Assembly: GCA_965224085.1 (NCBI GenBank)
Contig: CBDCYI010000009.1
Location: 744,556-808,555, forward strand
Reading direction: 5' to 3'
From: Candidatus Marinacidobacterales bacterium
Lineage (GTDB): Bacteria; Acidobacteriota; Vicinamibacteria; Marinacidobacterales; SMYC01
Length of the DNA stretch: 64,000 bases
Shown: one piece after another, positions 1-8,759 of the stretch
Layout of the letters: each line of letters opens with the position of its first letter
How positions within the stretch are numbered: position 1 is the first letter of the stretch
The notes under the pieces: generated by a model
What the model was told of the DNA's origin: nothing
The model's database searches: none
Seen by the model: the letters and a program-made list of their open reading frames with translations, nothing else
Position numbers and translations under genes: made by a program

Positions 1-1
1 C

Positions 2-217
2 GAATCCCGCCTTCGCATCGAAGCCGCCTTCCGAGGCGTGGGCCAGAACAACGATGCGATGGGGTATCGCCTCGCACAAGGACTGCTGAAAGGCGACGCC
101 GAATGGCTCCTTGACGGCATCGTCGAGGAGACCCTCGAGCCCCCGGTGAGCCACGGTGAGCCGAAACCTGCCGATGTGGACCAACTGACGCTGGAGCTCG
201 AAGAGGTTCGGCACTGA
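2..217 (+). CDS. 3' end of an unidentified gene entering from upstream (ends ...LTLELEEVRH)
   Basis: Frame open from the window edge to TGA at 215-217. Codon usage resembles neighbouring genes. No family recognised. Confidence 0.3.
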   Translation, partial: ESRLRIEAAFRGVGQNNDAMGYRLAQGLLKGDAEWLLDGIVEETLEPPVSHGEPKPADVDQLTLELEEVRH

Positions 218-290
218 TCGCGTTTGCCTGGAACACCGGATCGGAGTATTCTTACGGTCTTCTGGAGACAACGTCCTCGGATGCCGGCAT

Positions 291-367
291 GCGCCTGTAG
301 CTCAGCTGGATAGAGCGTCTGCCTCCGGAGCAGAAGGTCAGAGGTTCGAATCCTCTCAGGCGTACCA
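291..367 (+). tRNA. tRNA-Arg (anticodon CCG), CCA encoded
   Basis: Hand-folded cloverleaf: acceptor GCGCCTG/CAGGCGT, D arm GCTC..GAGC, anticodon arm TCTGC-CTCCGGA-GCAGA, T arm AGAGG-TTCGAAT-CCTCT, ACCA tail. Confidence 0.9.
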
Positions 368-388
368 GTCGAAGCATCCCCATCACGT

Positions 389-464
389 GGGCCGCTAGCT
401 CAATTGGCAGAGCAACGGACTCTTAATCCGTAGGTTCGCGGTTCGATTCCGCGGCGGCTCACCA
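389..464 (+). tRNA. tRNA-Lys (anticodon CTT), CCA encoded
   Basis: Hand-folded cloverleaf: acceptor GGGCCGC/GCGGCTC, anticodon arm ACGGA-CTCTTAA-TCCGT, T arm CGCGG-TTCGATT-CCGCG, ACCA tail. Confidence 0.9.
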
Positions 465-1192
465 ACTTGCAGACGCTCCAATTTTCGTGGGGGGTGTAAG
501 TGGGCGGACTTGGAAATTTCGCCCGATTCCGCCACGTCGAAACCGTTTGCTTTGTCGGCAAGGTCGCTGCCTTTCGACGGCATCCAGCGTGCGTAGTATT
601 TCAATACGGTTTCCGGCGAGTCTCCCATCTGAGCCGCAACGTAGGTCAACGCCACACGCGCTACGGCAAAGCTGGCATATGTGTGTCTGAGATCGTATGG
701 CGTGAAGTGAGGTAGCCCGCCTCGCTTCAGCACTTTGTTGAATTCCTTCACGACGTTCGCGTGATCGAGCGTGGTGTTGGCGTCCGAAGGAAACAGTAGC
801 TCGGGTTCACCCCAACCTTTCTTCATTCCGTGTTCGCGTAGGTGCGACACGTGCTCACTCAGGATCTCAAGTAGTGGCGTCGGGATATCTACTACACGGA
901 TTACGCTCGTCTTCGTAGTCTTCTCTCTAAGAGTATGAAGCTCGATGGATTTGTTGATAGTGATCGTGCGCTTGTGCCAGTCTATTGAGTCGAGCCGAAG
1001 CGCATAGGGTTCGCTCGGTCGTAAACCGGTCATGACACGCAACGTGAACAGAACACCGAAACGCGAATCCTTGCAGGCTTCTAGAAACCTCGCACGCTGC
1101 TCCGTGTCCATCGGCTTGATGCGTGCGGCTTGTTCGTTTACTGAGACGAAGCCAGGTTGCTTTCGACGTGATCCCAATCGAACGCCTAGCAC
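395..1192 (-). CDS. Tyrosine recombinase / phage integrase: catalytic domain only, N-terminal core-binding domain missing
   Basis: Motifs TGLRPSE (Arg), HFTPYDLRHTYAS (His-x-x-Arg), LKYYARW (Tyr). About 60 aa precede the catalytic domain. The last ~25 codons and the stop are antisense tRNA-Lys sequence. Confidence 0.8.
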   Translation of the reverse strand: MLGVRLGSRRKQPGFVSVNEQAARIKPMDTEQRARFLEACKDSRFGVLFTLRVMTGLRPSEPYALRLDSIDWHKRTITINKSIELHTLREKTTKTSVIRVVDIPTPLLEILSEHVSHLREHGMKKGWGEPELLFPSDANTTLDHANVVKEFNKVLKRGGLPHFTPYDLRHTYASFAVARVALTYVAAQMGDSPETVLKYYARWMPSKGSDLADKANGFDVAESGEISKSAHLHPPRKLERLQVGEPPRNRTANLRIKSPLLCQLS

Positions 1193-1196
1193 AGGG

Positions 1197-1671
1197 TTAC
1201 GTTATTTTGGCTAGTAGTTCCGGGTTATCTACCTCCCACTGATAACGCTTGATTTCGTCGGTCGTCCAATCGCCTGCACCAAGTTCTCGTAACCGGCGCA
1301 GTTCCGCGATGAACTCCTCACGATGCATTGACGGCTTACATTCGTTACGCTTGAACCCTAAGACGTGAATCATTTCGTGGAGCAGCAGGGGCTCAAGCCG
1401 GGTGGGTGTCAACATCGACCAATGTAGTTGTATGACACCATGACCGTGGGTACGTCCAGCCAATCCACGGAAAACTTAGGTCGAAGCCCATAACGCGGAA
1501 CTTTGGAACAGTACCGTCACTGATGGGGACGTCCACTAACTCTCCACCGAAATAGAAGGCGTTGATCCAGTCGTACAGAAGATCAAGCCATGGTGAAATT
1601 ATCTCCAGCCCGGCTTGGTAATCTTTGTTTCGGCGCACACGTCTCCACGCGCTTGATCTAAAGTCGATCAT
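1197..1671 (-). pseudogene. SprT-like zinc metalloprotease, split by a frameshift (ORFs 1393-1671 and 1197-1463)
   Basis: The upstream ORF has FYFGGEL. The downstream ORF has LLLHEMIHVLGF (HExxH). The two overlap in different frames. Confidence 0.6.
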
Positions 1672-1814
1672 TGGTGCTCCTTCCTTGATGTTGGTGGCGG
1701 CTACTGCTTTCGGCTCAATCTGGTTCGCATGCTGAGTCTCTGCCGTCTAGAAAGTCATCGATTTCTTCATTGGCTAGGACAGAAAAAGGATCGATGGGAC
1801 CGGGCGGGAGGTTG

Positions 1815-1970
1815 TTAACTCAGCTCCTCCAAATCGGCGGTTGTCCTTGGAATTTCGCCTGTCGTTAGGCGGAATAGCTTAATGAGTGCCGCCGCTTGCA
1901 AACGACGGTACGTCTCTCCACCAAGCTCGTCTAGGCTCGCCGGAATTTCTTTCATGGGATGGTTGCTCAT
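1815..1970 (-). CDS. Small hypothetical protein (51 aa); excisionase or regulator position in the element
   Basis: ATG at 1968-1970 preceded by AGGAAGGAAG; stop at 1815-1817. Below the ORF-track length cutoff. No family recognised. Confidence 0.25.
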   Translation of the reverse strand: MSNHPMKEIPASLDELGGETYRRLQAAALIKLFRLTTGEIPRTTADLEELS

Positions 1971-1998
1971 GTTGTCTTCCTTCCTAGGTGTTGGGTGA

Positions 1999-2283
1999 CT
2001 ACTTGTTTCGACTTGGTGTAGCTCTCATTGGTTTCTCTAGCTCGCCTACGACGATCAGAAGATCGATCATGCGGCGAACTTTGTCTCCTATCGGGAGCTC
2101 TTCGGTCTCCAATCGGATGTAGTGGCGTTCGGAGAGCCCAAGTTTCTCGGCAAACTCTTTTTGCGTGAGTCCTAGAAACTCAACTCGATAGGCTCGGAGC
2201 TCTTCTGCGGTCATTCCCATTTGTTCAATCATCGTGCAGAAATTATCCGGCATGACATAAGTCATGCCAAGAAAAACCGACAC
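1999..2283 (-). CDS. XRE-family helix-turn-helix transcriptional regulator
   Basis: GLTQKEFAEKLGLSERHYIRLE is a typical HTH_3/XRE motif. The start codon is uncertain; several internal Met are present. Confidence 0.75.
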   Translation of the reverse strand: MSVFLGMTYVMPDNFCTMIEQMGMTAEELRAYRVEFLGLTQKEFAEKLGLSERHYIRLETEELPIGDKVRRMIDLLIVVGELEKPMRATPSRNK

Positions 2284-2542
2284 GTTTTAGAGTAAAAAAC
2301 ATTACTTCCGTAAAATTAGACGGGTAACGGCGATGCGCCCCATCCTTTCTGCACGGGAGTTCGCCTTCAAATCCCCCCTAGGCTCCTGCCCCCCGAGTCA
2401 GGATAGTGGGAATCGCGGACCTCGATCCCAAACTTCGAAAAGAGGTTTAATAATCCCCCTTTGGCACAAAGTGCGCGACGCTCCTTTGATTTCAGTCGCT
2501 TAGGATCCGTTCTCGAAAAGCCAACGCACTGCGAACGTTTTC

Positions 2543-2824
2543 TCAAGTGTCGGTGTGTGCGAGGCGCTTCAGCTCTTCGATGAGCTCGCAATCACCCTCC
2601 GTGGATGCCAGTACCAGCAGGCCCCTACTATGACAAAAAGCGCCGGTATGTCGGTCCAAAGATGCGCGAGTTCGTTGGGATAGATGAACGTCTGAACGAT
2701 CATCAGCATGGCGTGGAGCGTATTGGGCAAGGATGCCCCAATCGAAAAGCGAGGCCGCAGCCAGCGGATCTTTAGCTCCTCGAATCAGCAGTATGGCCCA
2801 GGCGATATAGACGGCTAAAAGCAT
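2543..2824 (-). pseudogene. Fragment of a small membrane protein, frameshifted
   Basis: Hydrophobic MLLAVYIAWAILLI... start. After ..FDWGIL an alternative frame reads ANTLHAMLMIVQTF..HLWTDIPALFVIVGACWYW. Confidence 0.3.
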
Positions 2825-3233
2825 GAACAGACTCCCGTCCGCCCTTGGAGGCCATCAGACGGGGATCGGCAGTCCTCATCAACTCAGTAAATCCAAGGTA
2901 TGCAGCATGATCGGAGACCACCAGAAAATCCAGCGGTCGAATTAGCTTGGCTCTTACTCCATTGCTCGCAATGACTTCCTCACCTAGGGCGAAACGGAAC
3001 GACTCCTCCGGCCCAAGCGTGTTTCCAAACATGCCGGAATCGAAGGAATAGGACGAGTGGTGGTGCGTATCTCCCCAGTACACCCGTTGCGGGAAATAGT
3101 CTTCTACGTAGGGTGAGTACTCCGTTTTTTTCTCCGGGACGAGTTCTCGTTTGGGCGTCCACTCCTGAGCAATTGCGGAGTTGGGTGATATGAGAATGAG
3201 CCACATAACGGCGGCTGTTGAAATAGCTTTCAT
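2772..3233 (-). pseudogene. N-terminal fragment of a DUF3604-family exported protein
   Basis: Signal peptide MKAISTAAVMWLILISPNSAIAQE, then WGDTHHHSSYSFDSG...FRFALGEE...RPLDFLVVSDHAAYLG. Family members are several-fold longer. Confidence 0.55.
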
Positions 3234-3674
3234 GCTTGTCTCCGTACCAATAAGATGTCTTCAGATGGTTCAGCGACGCGAGAAGCTTGGACTCCCGGTC
3301 GAAACACGCCAGACGCTCTTTGTCTTTCGCGAATTCTATCGCCACGTCTCGGTCGAGCTTCGTGCCCGAGCGCGGTAGACCTCGCCCTGACGCTTGCGGA
3401 AGCGTCAGAACAGCGAAAGCGTGAGCTACGCGGAAGGTCGAACCAAAATGTGTATGTACAAGGCATCATCTCGCGCCGTAGGCGCGAGGCAGTCAGATCG
3501 TCTCGCCCCGGCGAGATAAGGGTGAGCCTGCTGTGCAACAATAGCGAGCCCCGGCCGCCAGAAACGACCGGGGCTCTGATGTTTGGATGGCCCCCCGAAG
3601 GAGGCGCTCCAGTACAGGTGGAAGCTAGCCTCTCACAGACGGGCGGCCATAGTCCAGCGCTTGCTGAGTCTCAA

Positions 3675-4080
3675 ATGGCCACCAAACCAGTCGTTGTGTA
3701 CCAGCGTTTTTGTCGTAACTGTTCAGAGGCCTTCTACATCTGCAAGAGCTGTGACCGTGGACACTGCTACTGCGGTAAAGCGTGCTCTTATCATGCCGGC
3801 CTAATAAAGTGTCGCGGCTACAACCGCAAAGATCGAGAAAGTGTCGAAGGACAGTCGAGATTGTGCGGACCGGCAACGTGAGTATCGACGACACCAAGAA
3901 AAAGTAACGGATCATGGTTCCATTCACGTCGGTAACTCGGGCAATGTAGGAATCAGAGAACAGATCCGGTCACGGAGCTCGATGGTTCTTTCAATGAAAA
4001 CGAAGCTTGACAGTTTCGGATATGCCAAATGCTGTATCTGCGGCGGACGCGGGAGGTGGATGGATGTCGAAGCTCAGTGA
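3675..4080 (+). pseudogene. Cysteine-rich hypothetical protein, frameshifted near 3840-3880
   Basis: MATKPVVVYQRFCRNCSEAFYICKSCDRGHCYCGKACS..., continued in another frame by DCADRQREYRRHQEKVTDHGS...CCICGGRG. Confidence 0.4.
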
Positions 4081-4279
4081 TAAACCGCTCACGAGCGACG
4101 CTCTAACAGAAAACGATTATGTCCGGGCGGTTTTGGATATCTATGTTTCTATTCCGAACACACCTGAGCGACCACGGCGCGACGATCGCTTCATGGCGAC
4201 GCGACTCTACCGCCAGGGCGTCCCGTTATACCACGCCCGACGCCCTATGGGCGGTTATCGGTCGCTTCATGCACATTGA
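4064..4279 (+). pseudogene. Hypothetical mobile-element protein fragment
   Basis: MSKLSDKPLTSDALTENDYVRAVLDIYVSIPNTPERPRRDDRFMATRLYRQGVPL, then loss of sense. Overlaps the next fragment in another frame. Confidence 0.3.
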
Positions 4280-4670
4280 CGAGTTCGCACCGCTCGTAAA
4301 ATCCGTGGATGCCCTCACGGACGGCGAAGACGGGATCGGGTCGAAACGGCGCTGCAATTTCGACGATGGTACCTCAGTGGTGGAGGAGGTGACCAAGTGG
4401 GAGGCCAATCGTAGGTATCGCGTCCGTTTGTCGGAAATGACGGCGATGCCTCTTCACGAAGCGCACGCGGAGCTGTCGGTCGAGCCGCTGGATAACGGGC
4501 GGGCGAGAGTGAAGTGGGGCATGGATTATCGCGTGAAATTCGGTCCCTTCGGATGGTTATTGGGCCAAACCATGATGAAATTGATGATGGGCAAGATCCT
4601 CGACGGTAATCTGAAGGGTCTCGCCAACAACGTTCGGTCGAACCGGACTGCAACTTCACAGGCGACCTAG
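4270..4670 (+). pseudogene. SRPBCC (START / polyketide-cyclase-like) family protein, N-terminally truncated
   Basis: ...EEVTKWEANRRYRVRLSEMTAMPLHEAHAELSVEPLDNGRARVKWGMDYRVKFGPFGWLLGQTMMK is typical of SRPBCC proteins. No credible start. Confidence 0.5.
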
Positions 4671-4765
4671 AGAGGGACATTGCCAATCGAAAGGCCGCTT
4701 TTGTTTGGCACAAAGCGCCAAAGCAAGGTATCTAGCTCGAAACCACCCCCAGCGTCCCATAACTC

Positions 4766-4801
4766 CTATTCTGTCTCCTATTCTGTCAACTATTCTGTCA
4801 A
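4766..4801. repeat. Three direct CTATTCTGTC repeats at 12-bp spacing, followed by an AT-rich stretch
   Basis: Units at 4766-4775, 4778-4787 and 4790-4799. The AT-rich stretch 4805-4850 ends just before the terminase-small-like gene. Confidence 0.8.
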
Positions 4802-4856
4802 CTAGGAATGTCGATACATTATTTGTATATACAACTATAGTTTACACGGAGTCAGT

Positions 4857-5343
4857 ATGCCTGAAACACCCCTAAAATCGACCGAAAACCGACGACCGAG
4901 GGACTACACGAAGTCGGGCCTTTTCGCGCTCCAACGAGGCCTTCAAGGCGTCGGCCTGGCCTGGCTGGCGGACACCGGGGAGCTTGCCAAGCCGCTCCAA
5001 GCTTGGCGCGCGGAGACGCGCGAGGCTCTGGGCGGGGACTCGATTTCACCGCAGCGAAGCGATACTGAACGCCGTGACGATGGATGTCCTCCTGATATCG
5101 AGCATTGATAGCTTCATCGCCTCGAGGCCGAGCCCGGTGAACAAGTCCCGCCGCGCCTTGTTCCCTATCATCCAAGAGCGAGCCCGGCTGGCGGATGCAT
5201 TGACGAAAAGGCTGCAGGCTCTAGGACTCGACCGCGTGGAAAAATCGGCGCTCGACCTCAAGACGTACCTCGACACGCACTACGGCAGCACTGACGACGC
5301 CTCGGCGGCACAAATGTGGGAAAGACGCCGAAACTTTGAATGA
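4857..5343 (+). pseudogene. Phage protein upstream of the large terminase (possible small terminase), frameshifted near 5060
   Basis: ...REALGGDSISPQRS in one frame continues as AILNAVTMDVLLISSIDSFIASRPSPVNKSRRALFPIIQERARLADALTKRLQALGLDR in another. Confidence 0.45.
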
Positions 5344-5387
5344 AAGGCGGTGACGAAAGTCTGACAAATTTTTATGGAGACGATTGA

Positions 5388-5903
5388 ATGAACAACCCCA
5401 CCATCCTCGAAGCCCTTCGCGACGAAAAACTTCTCGGTCATGCCGGATTGGATTCGGATTCATGGAAGGTTTGGCACGTCGCACTGAAGGCCGCGTTCGG
5501 TCTCAACATGAATCCCGAAGAGCTAGCGACCTTCAGGAAGCACACCGGTAGATCGTCCCCGCCGAGCGAGCAGGTACGAGAGTGTTGGATCCCAACAGGT
5601 AGACGCGGCGGTAAGTCACGAGTCGCAGCCGCAATCGCCGACTATCTAGCTACGCTTCGTGACTATTCCCCCTACCTATCGAGCGGTGAGAAAGCCATCG
5701 TGAAGCTCATCGCGGCGGACCAACGGCAGGCGAAGATCGCGCTCGGCTACATCCGCTCGATGCTGGTCGATAGCCCGGTGCTGTCGAAAATGATCGAGAA
5801 CGAAAGGAAGGACTCTATCGATTTCAACAATGGTGTCTCCATCGAGGTCAGGAGCGCGAACTACGGAACCACCGCATCGTGGATCGCATCTCGCTGGTCA
5901 TGA
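5388..5903 (+). pseudogene. Phage terminase large subunit, N-terminal ~165 aa only
   Basis: SWKVWHVALKAAFGL..EELATFRKHTGR...WIPTGRRGGKSRVAAAIADYLA matches the N-terminal ATPase pattern of prophage TerL proteins. The sequence loses sense near 5880. Confidence 0.65.
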
Positions 5904-6199
5904 CTCGTCGTCGCGGCAACCAGTCCGACCGTCATACCTTTCACGCTCAGATAAGCTACGGCTGAAGCCGCGGCGAGATCGCGCCCGGGTCCAGCATACG
6001 TAACCCCGTGCGCCTCTGCGGCCGCCCGGGTTTCGCGTTCGCAGTCAGGCGCTGAATTTCAACACTCAACTCTTCTATAACGCCGTCCGGCCGGACACAA
6101 CTCCCAGCGCAAATATCGAGTTGCGCTTTCAGCTGACCTTCCTGTTTCCGAAATAGCCGTGAAAGTGGGACTAGCTTTTGGAAGAGGAGATGGCGGACA

Positions 6200-7336
6200 A
6201 TGGCGGCGGTGTTGCTAAGACTAAAAAGCCTGAGCGCACTTTGCGTTGTCGGCGCCTCTTACGTCGCGTCTGCTCAGGATGCGCCCACTAAAGCGGATCA
6301 CTTCGTGCCCTCGCGCCCGGCGAATCTGAGCTGGGGTTGGTATCCGATAAACAAAGAGCCCGTCCTGACCGTTAGGTCCGGACAAACGGTCCGCATCGAC
6401 ACGGTGACCCATGCGGGCGCGACGCAGGATGAGAACCCCGTTTCGTATTTGACCGGGCTGGGAGTGCCTCGGGACGAGATTCTCGAGGACGTGCTGGACT
6501 TTTGGGCTTCGCGTGACGAGCGCCCGAGAGAAGGCCGAAGCGGCCACGTCATCACCGGACCGGTCTATGTCGAAGGTGCGGAGCCCGGCGACATGCTCGA
6601 GGTGCAGATTCTCGACATAGAGACGCGGGTACCCTGGGGAATCAACAACACGAGCGCCACAGGAGGCGTGTTCTCGTCGGGCTATCCAGGCGTTCGTTCC
6701 GACGACCCGCGGCTGGACATCCCACGGACGCGGCACGTCATCCGCACCGGCGAGGTCGATGGACGCGAAGTCGCCTTCTTCGCGGACGACATCCAAGTAC
6801 CGCTCGCGCCTTTCATGGGCATCCTGGCCGTGGCTCCCGACCCCGTGGTAGGCGAGCCCGGGGTAACGCTTGCCGACGTGCAGAGCTCGCGCCCGCCGGG
6901 TGCCTACGGTGGCAACCTGGACGTCAAAGATCTCAAACCGGGAACGACCGTCTATCTTCCGGTCTTCCATCCTGGCGCACTCTTCTATACGGGCGATCCG
7001 CACGGGGCGCAGGGCGATGGCGAGGTGAGTGGTACGGCGATCGAGCAGTCGCTGAGCGCGGTCTTCCGCTTCGTTGTCCACAAGAACGTGCACCTGGCGG
7101 GCCCACGCGCCGAAACAGATACCCACTACCTCCTTATGGGGATCGACCTCGATCTCGACCGAGCGACTCGGCACGCTACCTGGGAAGTTGTGGACTTCCT
7201 CGTAAAGGAAAAGGGGCTCACGCCGGACAAAGCGCTTTCACTTGCAAGCATTGCTGTCGATTTCCGCGTGAGTGAGGTGGTCGACTTGACCCAGGTCGTG
7301 ACCGGCTTCATCCCCAAGAGCATCTTTCTGCGTTAG
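6200..7336 (+). CDS. Acetamidase/formamidase family protein with an N-terminal signal peptide
   Basis: GGNLDVKDLKPGTTVYLPV..GALFYTGDPHGAQGDGEVSGTAIE. N-terminus MAAVLLRLKSLSALCVVGASYVASAQD. Confidence 0.85.
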   Translation: MAAVLLRLKSLSALCVVGASYVASAQDAPTKADHFVPSRPANLSWGWYPINKEPVLTVRSGQTVRIDTVTHAGATQDENPVSYLTGLGVPRDEILEDVLDFWASRDERPREGRSGHVITGPVYVEGAEPGDMLEVQILDIETRVPWGINNTSATGGVFSSGYPGVRSDDPRLDIPRTRHVIRTGEVDGREVAFFADDIQVPLAPFMGILAVAPDPVVGEPGVTLADVQSSRPPGAYGGNLDVKDLKPGTTVYLPVFHPGALFYTGDPHGAQGDGEVSGTAIEQSLSAVFRFVVHKNVHLAGPRAETDTHYLLMGIDLDLDRATRHATWEVVDFLVKEKGLTPDKALSLASIAVDFRVSEVVDLTQVVTGFIPKSIFLR

Positions 7337-7364
7337 CTCCGATCTGCCATCGATCGAATAGGAA

Positions 7365-7517
7365 CTAATAAGAAACTCAGGGTGTAGCGTTGGCAAGAGG
7401 TGCGAGAGTGACGTCAAAACCGAGCTCCCTCAGGCGTCGTGTTGAGCCGGTGCCACCTCCAGAGACTACCGCGTTTCATTCATTCGGGGTGGCCGTCAGG
7501 CCGTGGAAAACTTGACA
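7365..7517. repeat. Repeat R copy 1 (~150 bp), inverted relative to copy 2 at 32909-33053
   Basis: Its reverse complement aligns with 32909-33053 over the full length, apart from one short indel-rich patch. One end is CTAATAAG; the other end is an outward-facing ..AAAACTTGACA. Confidence 0.85.
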
Positions 7518-7583
7518 GGCTTCCACAACGGCAGTACAACCGGTCCCTCTGGGACGAATGTCAACGCGTCCACAAGGAGTGTC

Positions 7584-8729
7584 ATGCGAAATTCCCTGAT
7601 CATCACCATCCTCTTGGCTCTGGCGATCCCCGTTTTGTGCTCGGCGCAGGATGGGCTCGAGAGCGCAGAACCATTCAAAGTTGGGACCTTCGAGATCGTG
7701 GACATCGCGCATGTCGGTATCGTCCTGCGCGATAGCCTCGTGGTCGACCTCGAGGCCGCCAACGTCGCCCTCGAGAGGGATCCGGCCTATCCAAGAATCC
7801 CGCCGCCGGCGGACATGGTGGAGCTCATCGAGCGGTACGAATATGGCTTGAAACGGCGCGTGTACGAGATCGTCAACGAGCTGGTCGGCAGGGACATGCT
7901 GGGCTCGAATCGACCCGGCTACGTATATGACCTCGACGCTTTACGAACGCTCCCGCCCATCATGTACCCCGGAAAGATACTCAACGCGGCGGTCAACTTT
8001 TATAGCCACGTCAACGAGACGGGCACCGAGGAGGACCGCGCGACGGCGCGACGGCAGCGGCGTGAGAATCGCGGTGTCCCCTACTTGTTCTTGAAGGCCA
8101 GCAAAGGCGCGGTCGTCGGAAATGGCGATCCCATCGTAATCCCGTACGGCCGGGATCGCACGGACTGGGAGGTCGAGCTCGGCACGGTGATCGGCCGCAC
8201 CGCGAAATACGTCTCTGCCAACGACGCGCAGGATTACGTTTTTGGCTATGTGGTCACGCTCGATATCTCCGATCGCGGAGGCCGGCCTCCCGGGGGAAAC
8301 CCGTTGCGATCCGATTGGTTCGTCGGGAAAGGCCACGATACGTTCGCGCCGATGGGACCGTGGATCGTGCCCAAGGAATTCTACGGCGACCCGATGGAGA
8401 AGCTCCGGCAAACGCTGAGTGTCGGCGATACCAAGATGCAGGAAGCGACCGCCGGCGACATGATCCACTCTCTGTGGGAGTTGATAGAGTACGGCTCGTC
8501 CATCATTACGCTGTTCCCCGGCGACGTCATCAATAACGGGACGTCCGGTGGTACCGGAATGGGCACCGCAGTCCGCGGCGCTCAGCGCTTCCTCCAGCCG
8601 GGCGAGGAAATCGTGGCGACCATCGACGGGATCGGAACTCTGCGCATGCCGGTCGTGGCGGAGGATCCGCCGACCGGCCTCACGGGGGCTCAGCTACCGC
8701 CAGTCAAGAGCTACAGGGACCCGCGCTAA
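7584..8729 (+). CDS. Fumarylacetoacetate hydrolase (FAH) family protein with a signal peptide
   Basis: ATG at 7584 preceded by AAGGAG. MRNSLIITILLALAIPVLCSAQD. FAH-family text GKILNAAVNFYSH, DWEVELGTVIGR, GDVINNGTSGGTG. Confidence 0.85.
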   Translation: MRNSLIITILLALAIPVLCSAQDGLESAEPFKVGTFEIVDIAHVGIVLRDSLVVDLEAANVALERDPAYPRIPPPADMVELIERYEYGLKRRVYEIVNELVGRDMLGSNRPGYVYDLDALRTLPPIMYPGKILNAAVNFYSHVNETGTEEDRATARRQRRENRGVPYLFLKASKGAVVGNGDPIVIPYGRDRTDWEVELGTVIGRTAKYVSANDAQDYVFGYVVTLDISDRGGRPPGGNPLRSDWFVGKGHDTFAPMGPWIVPKEFYGDPMEKLRQTLSVGDTKMQEATAGDMIHSLWELIEYGSSIITLFPGDVINNGTSGGTGMGTAVRGAQRFLQPGEEIVATIDGIGTLRMPVVAEDPPTGLTGAQLPPVKSYRDPR

Positions 8730-8759
8730 GTTAAGAAAATCTAGAAATCTAGAAATTAT

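Noticed and set aside
3255-3881. 208-aa ORF as one real gene
   Set aside because: The first two thirds are Arg/Ser/Pro-rich nonsense overlapping other frames. Only the part from the Met at 3675 (the Cys-rich segment) looks like coding sequence.
5904-6199. attR (a repeat of the tRNA-Lys 3' end) marking the right edge of the decayed element
   Set aside because: No match to GGTTCGATTCCGCGGCGGCTCACCA or its last ~15 nt was seen here, or elsewhere by eye. The boundary is left undefined rather than guessed.
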